From: Stylophora pistillata
Taxonomy: Eukaryota
Direction of reading: 5' to 3'
DNA length: 64,000 nt
Assembly (NCBI RefSeq): GCF_002571385.2
Contig: NW_019218190.1
Location: forward strand, 226,093-290,092
Part shown: piece by piece, positions 1 to 11,558 of the stretch
How the letters are laid out: each line of letters opens with the position of its first letter
Numbering within the stretch: the first letter of the stretch is position 1
Translations under genes and position numbers: made by a program
The notes under the pieces: generated by a model
Database searches by the model: none
Told to the model about the DNA's origin: nothing
Seen by the model: the letters and a program-made list of their open reading frames with translations, nothing else

Positions 1-240
1 CTCTAGGGGGCATTGGTCTTTTTTCCGGCAGTTACATTCTTTGTCTAGTGTTTTTGGTGAATTTTGTGACTGGTTGTAATCTGATAGTAGCTTTTTGTTG
101 TGTGACGCGATGATTGTTTTGACGTTAGGCATGCAGGAGTAGCTTATCCTTAGTGTGTGGCGGTTGAAGATCTTGTGTAATGGATAGTTTATCGGGAAGT
201 ATCTGTCAACAATATTTAAGAACATTCTTCCTAGATTGGT
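1..240 (-). mobile_element. Penelope-like retroelement fragment (RT-to-GIY-YIG linker), truncated by window edge
   Basis: The minus strand translates open as TNLGRMFLNIVDRYFPINYPLHKIFNRHTLRISYSCMPNVKTIIASHN...ECNCRKKDQCPLE, resembling the Cys-rich linker of Penelope-like ORFs. It is absent from the paralogous upstream region of copy 6 (~18990). Confidence 0.7.
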
Positions 241-477
241 CTCCGAAAAACCATATATAGATATCTATATATCCTTTCAGGACGAATTCTGCTAAGTAAA
301 AAGAGTTAAAGAGAGAAAAGAAATGATGTTTGGCGCGCTGCGCAGAACTCTGGGAGTGAGGTGCATTGACGAAGAGTAAGGACATCTAGTGGTCTATACA
401 TTCTAATAAATGGCTAAGTATTGCCTTTTACTTTCAGAAAACCATACAGAAAAGAAAGAATATCAATATATTCAAAC

Positions 478-2520
478 ATGTCCCCTCTGTTGTTCAGGGC
501 TGTTGCAGTTACTCTTATCCAACTAGTGCTGTTCGTTGCTCAGAACGGTGTTGGAGCAGATTTCAGTGATAATTGTGACGATTCGACCAATTCCCTTTCA
601 TGCATCCATACCTATGAGCAGCTTTATAACAGCTTAGCAAAGTCAGACAACAGTTTTAACATCGAGTCAGCCCTATATCCAGCCAAGAGGCCTTCCTCTG
701 TCCGTGTGTTTGTTAATCTTTATGGTCCCAACAAAACGGAAAACCTCATGGCAGAGTACACTTGGAGCTTATCCTGTCTGTATGTTGCTCTTCCAGTATA
801 CTACCTGCAAATTGCTTCCCTCGGATCTATTCTTGTAACACCTAGGACTCAAGCGTTGGACATAACGATTCCACACTTCTGCTGCAATGTTTCAAAGAAA
901 GAGGATGGAAGAAGGAAGGCAATAGGAGACATGATTGAAAGAGTTCACGCTTCAGTAAGTGAAAAATTGTCCGTCTTTCGAGGAACACGAGTTAAAACTG
1001 ATTAACAATCAAAGTATCGCCGAAAGTCCCATGTCTTTCTTAGGGGAGAAAAATAAAAATTCATAGCTCTTGTACGCCTTTAGGAAGGTAAATCGGCAGT
1101 CCTCGTTTTTATTCCTCCACGACGAGAGAAATTAATCTTGTGGGCGAATCCTTATCGGTGAGATTTAATCGAGCATTAGTTGAGCTCTGAATTATTTCCT
1201 TCAATCCTTTGCGTGGAAATTGCATTGCGCTTTGTGGGAGAAGGTGAAAATATGAAGAACTGAAACATCTGGAGGCACCTTACCCGTAAATGCCCAAAGA
1301 GAAAATCCTGAGGTTGTCTCCTGCTTCAACGATTCTCTTTCATTGTTACAAAAGATTTTGTTGTTGACGATGTCTGCTATCACTGTAACCAACTGTTTAC
1401 ATGTGAACAGCTGTTCCTTTATTTCTACTCATTTTACGTTTTACTATTGATGAAAGTTGTTGTTAATCTTCAGCTTCAAGATCTGGCCATATCACAAGGG
1501 ATACGGGATCCAAGGCTGAACACAGCAGAATGTGTTACCAAGGGCCACGGCTTAGGGATGACAGATATAGGAAGCAAGTTGCACATTATTATAATACTTT
1601 TGGTGTTTCCTCCTATAGTTGCTAGGTTAGGTAGTCCAGCGTTAGTTCTATTGCTTGAAGAATTTATACAAGATATTTGGTTCTTGTATGTAAAGAGTCG
1701 ACATTTGAATACAAGGGAAAAAAGGCGAATCACGAACACAGTTAAGGCCTTCCTTATTCTCAACACGGTGTTAATTTATATCAGTTTCTCTTTCTTGCTT
1801 TTAATTCCTCTAATGACATCCGTTGAGATGCTTGAAAGAAGGAAGCCATGGGATGCTCCCTCTTTTGGATGGGTTTATCCTTCATTGGCATTTTTCCTCT
1901 TTATGTCAGGTCTTGTGCACTGCGTACATCACCGCACTTGTACTGGCGAATTTTTAGAATATGTGGGGAAGACGTCAAATGATCACGTTTCGCTCTCCAG
2001 AATGCCATACTGTCTTAACGCATTCTTTATAATATTCAGTTCCTGTTGGATGCTAATCGGCATAATGCTTAACCCAACTTGGGGTTTGACCGTTGCACTC
2101 ATAATATACTTCACTTATGCTGCCTTCATTTATACAGCCTACGTATACTACTCTTTGACAAGCGGGCGACCAGAAGAAAAATTTGCTAAACCTACCGCTC
2201 TAATTGCATGTACGTTTAGTTTTCTGATTGTAATTGGTCTGATAATAATAGCAGTTTTTGCCGGACAGTCATTCTATGCAAGAGAAACCGCAGATGAAAT
2301 GCTTAAGACCGCGTTGTTGACTATTCTTGGTTCCTTTATCTCCTGGTTTTCTTGGAAGAGGTTTTTAAAAACTAACCAAACGTTAAAAAACGAGCAAGCC
2401 CCGCCTCCATCCAGCGACACGCCCATTACACCTCTTATAGGTAATCCTCTGAACGAAAATAACGAAACTGTTGCATGCAGCGAGACTCAGCCTCTCTTAC
2501 AAATAGAAAGTTCAGTGTAA
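478..2520 (+). CDS. Orphan 7TM receptor-like protein, copy 1 (clade A); exons 478-954 and 1474-2520; 507 aa
   Basis: ATG at 478 follows acceptor ctttcag (437). Donor TCA|gtaagt at 954/955, acceptor cttcag|CTTCAAGAT at 1473/1474, phase 0. Signal peptide, 6 ectodomain Cys, 7 hydrophobic segments, ends IESSV*. Confidence 0.88.
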
Positions 2521-3141
2521 AAATATTAGAACTGCGTCGCTAGATGAAAATTCAGTTTTTGGGAGATTTCTAGGGTGACGTACTGACAATTATCTAGATA
2601 CATTTAAGTATTCTTTAAAGAATTTCTTAAAAATTCTTTGGGGGTAGAGATATTTTAATAATCTAACTAGTAAAAGTAAAGGAATGGAAAGCCAGAATTC
2701 GGTACAAATATAGCAATTTCTTTAGAAATTCCTTACGTATGCTGTTTAGGTAATTTTGTGTCTACTAAATGCCGGTTAGTTGTAACATAAGATTTTATAA
2801 AAGCAAGCGACTTTCGACAATTAATAATTCCGGCATTAAAGCTGATTCAGTGCATACGTGCGGAATAATAAACAAGGAATCGATGTCATGTTAAGTTTTT
2901 ATTATAACTGGAAGAAAAGGTTCAGAGATGATAATACTTTGTTACTTTGTACCCCTCTTAACACTGAGCACATCTATGAATGGGATAGCTGTAGTGTGAA
3001 CGGTTATCACACCCTTATTAAAGGAGTCACCACTTGGTGTATTCAGTTACTTATATTGACATGTAGAAAATTATATAAATCGGGAGACTTTTAATTGATT
3101 TTTATTGAGTCTTATTATTAAAATTACTCAACTACATAGAA

Positions 3142-3338
3142 GAGGGTATCAATTGGGTGATGGCTTTTACGGCTAACTGTTAAAATGTTGGCCATTTCAC
3201 AGTTTAACAGTTAATTTCAATTCCTTGTATTTGAGAGAAAAATGTTACGGTTAACCTTTTTTACGACTAGCAGTTACAAAATGCTAATTTTTAGGCCTAA
3301 AGGATACACGGCTATTGGTTAACCCCATTGAGACCCTC
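3142..3338. mobile_element. MITE-like element
   Basis: Imperfect terminal inverted repeats GAGGGTATCAATTGGG / CCCCATTGAGACCCTC. A related copy lies at ~17632-17800. TSD not clear. Confidence 0.5.
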
Positions 3339-4019
3339 AAAGGAGAGAAATAGCATCTAACTTTCTTAATTTTTTAAATAAATGACACTTGGATATTTTA
3401 ACCAATAAACTAGCTTTGGATGTTAAGACTTCTTTCATTTGTTTCCTTTTTAAGTGTATCAGGAAAAGTCAAGACTCACGATTAGCATGCAAGAGCGCAA
3501 ATTAGCCTAAAAGACAGAGAAATATTCCCGCACTACTAATTAGTTGTAGGAGTTCAGTTGGTATAAATCGACATTATAAGAACCAGAAGAGAAAGAAGAA
3601 GCAAGCATCAAAAAATAAAAGAAGGAAAAATTGAGAAAGTTTAGGGCTCTCCATTTTTTGCTTTACAGAAGTTTCATCCCGCTACCTGGCACCTGGCAGA
3701 CATTACAGCAGCGCAGGACCTGTTCTAATTCAACTCCAGTTGCTCAATGCATGTCACGGAGAAAAAAAATTCATTTTTCGTTTTCCATACGACACTGCGG
3801 AGAAGCAGAAAAACAAAATGGTTACAAATCGAAGAAAAGAATGAAAGAACACGAAATTTTTAAAACTGCTTTCTCAGCGTTGAGGACGGGAAAAAACTCA
3901 CTTGCCTACATCGAAGCATGTTCTGGGCAGCAGTATGAACTTCAATCAAGATTAAATGAGTTAAGGGTGCACCTTAAATGATACAAAGCTCTAGAATAGT
4001 AAATGGTAACTATACTTCT

Positions 4020-4100
4020 CTCTGTTACTCTTAACTTTAATTATATTCTGTTCATACGCGCCAAAGCAGGGCGGCGTCTGGTCTAACTTCCGTTTTCTTT
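4020..4100 (+). promoter_or_regulatory. Conserved upstream non-coding element of clade A/B genes
   Basis: GCCAAAGCAGGGCG...ACTTCCG recurs at ~35058, ~25585 and, diverged, at ~17820, each upstream of an array gene. Function is inferred only. Confidence 0.4.
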
Positions 4101-5219
4101 CTAAGAAATCTACCATGACTGATTATTCAAATATACTTCATCTGTTAAGCCCTGACCGCCGCAGCCTTCAAGGTGAAAATATTGTATCCTGAACTCCTTT
4201 CTAGTGTCATCGAGCAGATTGCTGCGTCATAAATGAAATCTACTTCGTAATTCACACTCAGGTATTTTCTTTCTTTATATCATGACTTTTCTTAAGAGAG
4301 TAAGCTTGTCTTGGAGCTAAAATAGCAATAACATCATCATCACAGACGATTGGCAACCTCTTTGTTTCCCCAACGTCATAGGTTATTCAATCTCGTTATG
4401 TATAAGTAAGTTTAATTCACAATTAACAGCTACCATGAATATAAGAAATCTGGAGTGCGTCGAGAGATACCGATTTCTTCCCTTTCTTGTTGTTAAAAGT
4501 CTCTTAGGAATGGAACTAATCAGGGGCAGCGAACTTTGTCATAGCGAGTGTCTGTTTTCGCTAAGACATGTGCAAATCAGGCTTCACCTTAAACAATTTA
4601 TAGCTTTTTAGGTAGAGGTGGGCTCAGGCAGGTGTAATTATGTCTCCCTCTGTTGAAACCTGTTGGTAGAGAATATGCTATAAAGGGACAGTTAATTTGC
4701 TATTTTGGATATTTCATTGAGCAAGAATAGCTAATACAAGCATTTTTAAGACCCAAAATATCAGAGTGAAATCAAGCACTGTGAACAATTCACGGGGTAG
4801 TCCTTGGGTAGTCCTTAGTCCGCGGGAATGAAATCGAAAGCGAAAAGGAAAGAAATGAAACGAATGATGAGCTGCGGTAATACTCTTGAAAGAACCGATG
4901 TAATGCAATTGCAATCTAAGTGCTTTTAATCTGAGTAACAATTTTAAAGAGAAGATCAGAACTCATAAACTCTTTTAATTTTTTGTTCGTCAGTATGGAA
5001 CAAGACGAGTTCTTTGCGCGCATTTGAGAAAATTTAAGGACACGTCTTTTAACGATGGTATTCAACTCCACTATTTCAAGAATACGACAAGAATTGTTAG
5101 GTCTAAAAAACACTAAACAACGTCCACAAACAGCAAAGAAAATTAATTTGATTTTATCAACCAAGCTGGTAATGTGAATTTGCCAGCGTAACGTATTTCT
5201 AAAACTGATGTTTGGAGCA

Positions 5220-5460
5220 TTGGTTCCCCGTGAGAGGGAAGGAAACATACCAAGTCAAATTGGCCCCTCGTGAGAGGGTAGGAAACATACCAAGTCAAAT
5301 TCGCCCCCCGGAGAGGGTAGGAAACATACCAAGTCAAATTGGCCCCTCGTGAGAGGGTAGGAAATATACCGAGTCAAATCGGCCCCCCGGAGAGGGTAGA
5401 AAACATACCATGTCAAATTGGTCCCCCGTGAGAGGGTAGGAAACATACCAAGTCAAATTT
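5220..5460. repeat. ~40-bp minisatellite, 6 units
   Basis: Unit GTGAGAGGGTAGGAAACATACCAAGTCAAATTGGCCCCTC is directly visible. The paralogous site at 36441-36490 has a single unit. Confidence 0.92.
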
Positions 5461-5566
5461 GATATAATTCTATTCTGGGTTGCACTATTTCCATTATTGA
5501 TAACTTTCAGTCAACTAGCTCACTGAAGTTTTCCTCATTGAAAAAGAGGGAAATAAACAACAAATT

Positions 5567-7547
5567 GTAAGAAATAGACAACTTTTTTGAGAGACATGTT
5601 TCGGCATGCTTATGCCATCTTCAATCAATGAGTAACTGAACGTGAGTAATTATATAGCATACAAGTAGATGAATAAAATATTTACAGTATGATGTAATAC
5701 AAAAGCGGGTACTACGTGATAACAAACATCAAAGGTGTGAACTAAAACGCCAGAAAAGTGTTATAATGGTGTAATTGTTTGTTAAGTTCAGGTTTGGTCT
5801 TATTTATATAAAAAGCTTCTTTGAGTTTTAAATCAATTGAGTTGTTAGCAGAATCCAAAATACTAAAGCAAGAAAGGAAGTATTTGTTCTTGCAAGAAGG
5901 AGATATGTTCAAATGCATAAAAATATGCGAGTTTTTATCGCTTTTCGTGTGCTCCTTTATCCTAGTAGAGAAGTGGTGACTAGTTTCGCCAATATAACGG
6001 GAATTACATCCCGCACAAGAAAATTGGTAAACTACCATGGATTTTAGAGCATCAGGAGTATGATCTTTAACACTGAAAATGTTTTTAATTTTAAAAGAAG
6101 TGAAAAATAGTTTGATATTGAGGTCCTATTTGCAAAAGCGCGTAGTGAGTTGTCGGAGTTAAAGGTTCGCTATTTTAGAATAATAGCCGATAAAGGGAAG
6201 TTTAAAGTAACGTGTATCATTGTCATCAATGTTCCGGCTATTTTGAGAGGAGGACCCGTCAAGATACCGCTTGAAAATTCTTTCAATAAGATGCGGAGGA
6301 AAAGAAATACTTTTTAAAGTGTCGGAAAGTTTATTAAGATCGTTTTGAAGGCCGGAAGAGGTGTTGTTGATTTTGTAGATACGGTCAGTAAGAGTTCGGA
6401 TAAGGCCAATTTTGTTACATGATGGAATGAAGCTAAAGAAATTTGTTAGGAGACCAGTGTAAGTTTTTTTTATGAAACTGTAAAACCACAATCATTCGAA
6501 GAGTTGTCGATAAATATATCAAGAAAGGAGAGTTTACCGTCATTCTATTTTACGAAAGTGAATTTTATGTTGGGGTGCTGTGAATTAATGTAATCAAAAA
6601 ATAACATAGCATCCTGTTCATTGTGGAAGACAAAAAAGGTGTCGTCAACATAACGCCTCTAAAGTAGAGGGCGAGTCGAATGGTTAAAATTATTTTGCCA
6701 TGTTTCCTCGTGGAAACCAAGAAAAAGATTAGCTAGGATGGGTGCTAACGGAGAACCCATCGCTACCCCATCAACTTGATCACAAAATTTTCCATTAAAA
6801 AGAAAATGAGTCTCAGCTGTAGCGAATGAAAACAGTTTCTTAAGGTCGGATTTTTTGATGGAAAATTTAGGGTTATGCTTGAAAATAAGATCAACAGCAA
6901 TATCAATAATTTCATTTAACGGAAAAATAAAAATACCCGGAACATTGATGAAAATAATACACGTTACTTTAAACTTCCCTTTGTCGGCTATTATTCTAAA
7001 ATAGCGAACCTTAAACTCCGACAACTCACTAAGCGCTTTTGCAAATCGGACCTCAGTATCAAACTAGTTATCACTTCTTTTAAAATTAAAAACATTTTCA
7101 GTGTTAAAGATCGTACTCCTGATGCTCTAAAATCCATGGTAGTTTACCAGTTTTTTGTGCGGGTTGTAATTCCCGTTACATTGGCGAAACTAGTCGCCAC
7201 TTCTCTACTAGGATAAAGGAGCACACGAAAAGCGCTAAAAACTCGCATATTTTTAAGCATTTGAACACATCTCCTTCTTGTAAGAACAAATAGTCCCTTT
7301 CTTGCTTTAGTATTTTGGATTCTGCTAACAACTCAAAACTCCAAGAAGGTTTTCATATAAACAAGACCAAACCTGAACTTAACAAGTTGTAACACTTTTC
7401 TAGCGTTTTAGTTCATACCTTTGATGTTTGTTGTCACGTTGTAATTAGTACCCGCTTTTGCATTACATCATACTGTAAATATTTTACTCATCTACTTGTC
7501 TATTTCTTACAATATTTATCATACTTGCTACTACTACGACCTTATGG
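5567..7547 (-). mobile_element. Penelope-like element (degenerate RT + GIY-YIG endonuclease) with inverted 3' duplication
   Basis: Minus-strand RT motifs GVAMGSPLAPILANLF and RYVDD (~6640-6780), and GIY-YIG-type VVYQFSC...YIGET...RIKEH...EAFYI...PELNKQ (5742-6038). 6940-7513 is an inverted copy of the 5570-6230 region. Flanked by duplicated AAACAACAAATT (5555-5566, 7548-7559). The paralogous site at ~36620 is empty. Confidence 0.92.
5590..5630 (-). ncRNA. Minimal hammerhead ribozyme-like motif at the Penelope 3' end
   Basis: Minus strand reads UUGAAGA-U-GGCAU-AAGC-AUGCC-GAAA-CAU-GUC: core boxes, a 5-bp stem II and palindromic ACAUGU at stem III. Core C3 is U and stem I is weak. Confidence 0.55.
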
Positions 7548-7770
7548 AAACAACAAATTACCAAAACTACCAAAAAAAACCATGTCATATCGACTTAGGC
7601 TGATTTTTTCGCGAAAAATGTCTTAACTGGCGCGATTTATTGAATAATAATTTACATATATAGTGATGCGTGGTACATAAAACAATCATTTTATTCTATT
7701 CATAAAAATAACGTCATATGCTTTCAGAAACTGATCAGACAGTTAAAGGAAAGCATCAAAATACCTGAGC

Positions 7771-9749
7771 ATGTCCCCTCAATGGTTCAGGGTTGTTGTA
7801 GTTACCCTTATCCAACTGGTACTGGTTTTCGGTCAACACAGTGTTGGAGCAGATTTCAGTAATAACTGTGACGACTCGACCAATTCCCTCTCATGCATCC
7901 ATACGTATGACGACCTTTATAACAACTTAGCAAAGTCAGACAACAGTTTTAACATCGAGGCAGCTTTATATCCAGCCAGGAGGCCTTCTTCTGTCCGTGT
8001 GTTTGTGAATTTACATGGTCCCATCAAGGCAGAGAACCCCATGGCACGGTACACTTGGAGCCTTTCCTGCTTGTATGTTGCTGTTCCACCACTCATGCTG
8101 GAAGTTTTGTCCCTCGGGTCCATCCTTGTAACGCCTCGGACTCAAACACTGAATATAGCTATTCCATATTTCTGCTGCAATGTGTCAAAGAAGGAGGATG
8201 AAAGAAAGAAAATAATTAAAGAAACGATTAAAAGAGCTCTTTCAGCGGTAAGTACATTGTTTTCTCCCTTAATGTCAGTCATAATCTCAGCCAAAGTGTA
8301 GTGCTATTAAAACAGGGTTAAGTTTTTCGAGGTAGGCAGCCCACACAGTCCATATTTTTTACCGTTTCTCTAATACAAAGAGAAAAGTCTATAAAGGTTT
8401 TGTTAGGATTTCTACGCTACTGAGACAGGTTGCGAGTCCATCGCGTGTATTTAATTAGCACCTTGTCAAATTTACCTGAAAGCTTCCGGGACGGTCACCC
8501 CCATCAATACACCCCCATCAATACACCCCCATCAATACACCCCCATCAATACTTCTTGGTGGTAAGTGGCATTACGTAAGCCACTATTAACTGTCCCTTC
8601 GCTGTCCATCATTTTAAGTTAACACAATTTTGATTAATTATAAGTTATGCTGGTATTTTTCAGCTTCAAGATCTGGCCATATCACCAGGGATACGGGATC
8701 CGAGGCTGAACACAGCGGAATGTGTTGTCGAAGGCCACAAGATAGACATAGAAGCTACAGGACGCAGTGTGTATATCAAAATAATCCTGTGGTGTTCTTT
8801 TCTTTTCTCTTTGGCAGTTTTCCATATGTTAGCTTCATTCATTAAATATTGTAGAATAGAGGGTTGGTCAGAGAATACAACAACGGAAAACCCCAATATA
8901 TCCGGCCAAAACATGAAAAAGATCAGGATCAAATATACTGCTAAGGCTATCTTTTATTTGGGTGTCTTGCTGTCATTTCTTGGTTTCAGTCAACAATTGG
9001 CGCTTCTTTTACTTCTTGTAAATTTTTACAAGGACGAAGTTCTCTTAGACATTGCACCTATTTTAGTCTCTGTCTGGTTCGCAATGGCATTCAATACAAT
9101 AACTGGCTTAGTCCCTCACATCCGTATTGTCTTTGAGAATTATTTTTCATGGCTGAAGAGTCATCATACCTCGACAGATTTGGCTGACGGGGAAGAAGGA
9201 ATGATCTACTCCCATTGGAGATGTTTTCCTAAACTGGTCGCCTTTACATGTGCGGCCACTACTAGTTTCTGTTCCTGTTGGATGTTAATCGGCATAATGC
9301 TTAACCCAACTTGGGGCTTGACTGTTACGCTCGTAATATGCTTTACATTTGCCTCCTTTACTTATGCAGTCTACGAATATCTTACTTTAGTTAGCTGCAA
9401 ACAGGAAAAGGTAAAACCTAATAAACTCCATGCTCTATTTCCTGGTTTGTTGGGTTTTCTTGCTGTTATTTTTCTAATTCCGGTAATAGTATTCGCCGGT
9501 CAGTCATTTAATGGGAGAGAAACTGCTGATGAAACACTGAAAACCATACTTATGACTGCTCTTGGTTCTTTCATTTCGTGGTTGTCTTGGAAGAGGCTTC
9601 TGAACAAAAGCCAAAAGTCAGAAGAGAAACAATCGGGCGCTCTAGATAAAAGCCAAGCAGGTTATCCTTTATTGGAGAATGGTGAAAATATTGAGTCAGT
9701 TAACGAGAAACAAAGAGAAAAAGAGATAACCAGAGAGAGCAACGTGTAG
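7771..9749 (+). CDS. Orphan 7TM receptor-like protein, copy 2 (clade B); exons 7771-8247 and 8664-9749; 520 aa
   Basis: Donor GCG|gtaagt at 8247, acceptor ttttcag|CTTCAAGAT at 8663/8664, phase 0. Open to RESNV*. Confidence 0.88.
8496..8551. repeat. 14-bp tandem repeat x4 in intron of copy 2
   Basis: (CACCCCCATCAATA)4. The paralogous intron (~37701) has one unit. Confidence 0.9.
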
Positions 9750-10557
9750 CAGAATCTGGTTTCGTTGGCTCAATACTCGCCGATCTCCATATATAGAATA
9801 ACATTTTTCTTTGCGATCGCTTTGTCTTCTTTTTTTCAAAATTTGAAAGGTCAAAATAGTTATGAAATGGCAGGAAAACTATTTCCTATCATTGGTTGCC
9901 CCTTGTCTGCAAACTCACACATTTGACAACAAAATTGAAGATTTCGACACTTCACTGAAATTTTTTGCATCACGAGGAACTAAGCACAATAACATAAGTG
10001 GTAATGTCGGTTGTGTAGTAAATACGCAATTACGGAAATTTTAATAAATATTTTCTCAACATAACGGTTTAAACTAAAAAACGATCTGTCAGGGAGTTTT
10101 TTAGTAACAAGAGAGGGGGCAAGATTTTTTATTCAGTTCATGATAACACAGTTCAGGAACACGAGCGAAATGGCTGTATTGTTGTGTTACTGTTTGTTGT
10201 ATAAATGTAGATTGAGTCTAGCTTAAGATCTAACAAGGATTCATTTTCTTCGTTGATAAAGTTTTTTCTATAATTTTCTTGCCCTCATCCATGAATCAGT
10301 CAATAAGGACTGAAAATGAGGAGTCTTGATATGTTTGATTTTCAACTACGTCCCAACCCGCCTCCCCTACTCTCGTATAAGTTTGTTTATAGACCTTTTT
10401 GTTTCATCTATCCCTTTTCCATCTTTGTGGAGAACACTATTGCATATTTCCCTTGATCTGAGTTATTTGGCAAACTGTACAAGAGTCAGGGAATTAATTT
10501 CTTTTCCCTGAGACCATCTTTTTGTTTGACTTATGTTGGTTGTCTTCTGTTTCATAG

Positions 10558-11558
10558 CTTCAAGATTTGGCTGTTCTTCCAGGATTACGAGACCCACAAC
10601 TGAATTCGGCTGACTGTCTCATGGAGGGACATCAACTAAATCTTTCTGCTACAGAACACAGTTGGCGGATAATACCAATTTTAGTCTTCTCCTTTCTCTT
10701 TTCAACACTGTTTGGGCCATTGTTAGCCTTTTATGCAACGCAAAAACGGGACGAACTGTCATTGATTAAGAAAAGGACAAATTTCTTGTGCGTGTTTTTG
10801 TTATTAACATTCTGTGCTTTATTTATAGCAAAAGAGATAACAGTCTATACATGTGTCTCCGATAGGGAACTTGATCCTCCTTGTATTGATGTAAAACAAC
10901 CGGCCATAGGAGTATTTGAGGCAATACAACCGGTCCTAGTAGGAGTTGGAGTGTTTGTCTTTTCTGTGGCATTATGTAAAGGGAAAACGGACAACCAGAA
11001 CAATCAATCAGTAGTGCGCACCGTAGAGGTGAAGTCACTCTTTTTCATAATTTGTTCAAATTTAGCAGCCTTCCATTTTTGCTGGCTCTTAGTTGGTATA
11101 ATGCTGAATCCTATCTGGGGTCTAGTTCTACTCCTAGTTTGCCTTATTATTGGTGTTGTAACCTTTGCATTCTATACCTTCGTGTCTTCAATAACTTCTA
11201 AAAAAACCACGGAAATATCACCACCGATTCCCGTAGTTGGGATTGTTGTCAGTCGTTCTCCTCTTGTTTTGCTGGGTTCCTAGCTGTCTATGGTCTTATT
11301 GCTATGGTGCTTTTTTCTGGGCAGTCATATAGTAGGAGAGATACTGCCAATGAAGCTTTGAAAGAAGCAGTGATGTATTTAATCTCTATATTCTTTTCAT
11401 GGCTATATTAGTAGAAGTGGGTTAGTAAAAGTGACAAATCTGGTGATGGGCAAAGTAGGTCTGTTCAGACTACTCCTTCACTGTCGCAAAATCGTCAGGT
11501 TCCAGAGCATCGTGTCGAAATGCAACCACTAATAAGCCATCATGGCGATGGAAATTGA
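10558..11558 (+). pseudogene. Copy 3 (clade C), exon B only
   Basis: Close to exon B of copy 9 (43924-44940), but exon A is deleted (junction ~10275). Frameshift at the A-run ~11200 and TAG TAG at ~11409. Confidence 0.85.

Noticed and set aside
421-1005. Exon A and exon B ORFs as separate genes (secreted protein plus membrane protein pair)
   Set aside because: Conserved GT/AG sites join them in frame in every intact copy, and ORF extensions beyond the splice sites are not conserved.
1474-2360. Assignment to adhesion, rhodopsin or Frizzled GPCR classes
   Set aside because: No GPS, DRY, NPxxY or KTxxxW motifs are visible; seven hydrophobic segments alone do not establish GPCR homology.
5220-5460. 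CRISPR-like array
   Set aside because: Units are contiguous with no unique spacers, the context is eukaryotic and no cas genes are present; it is a minisatellite.
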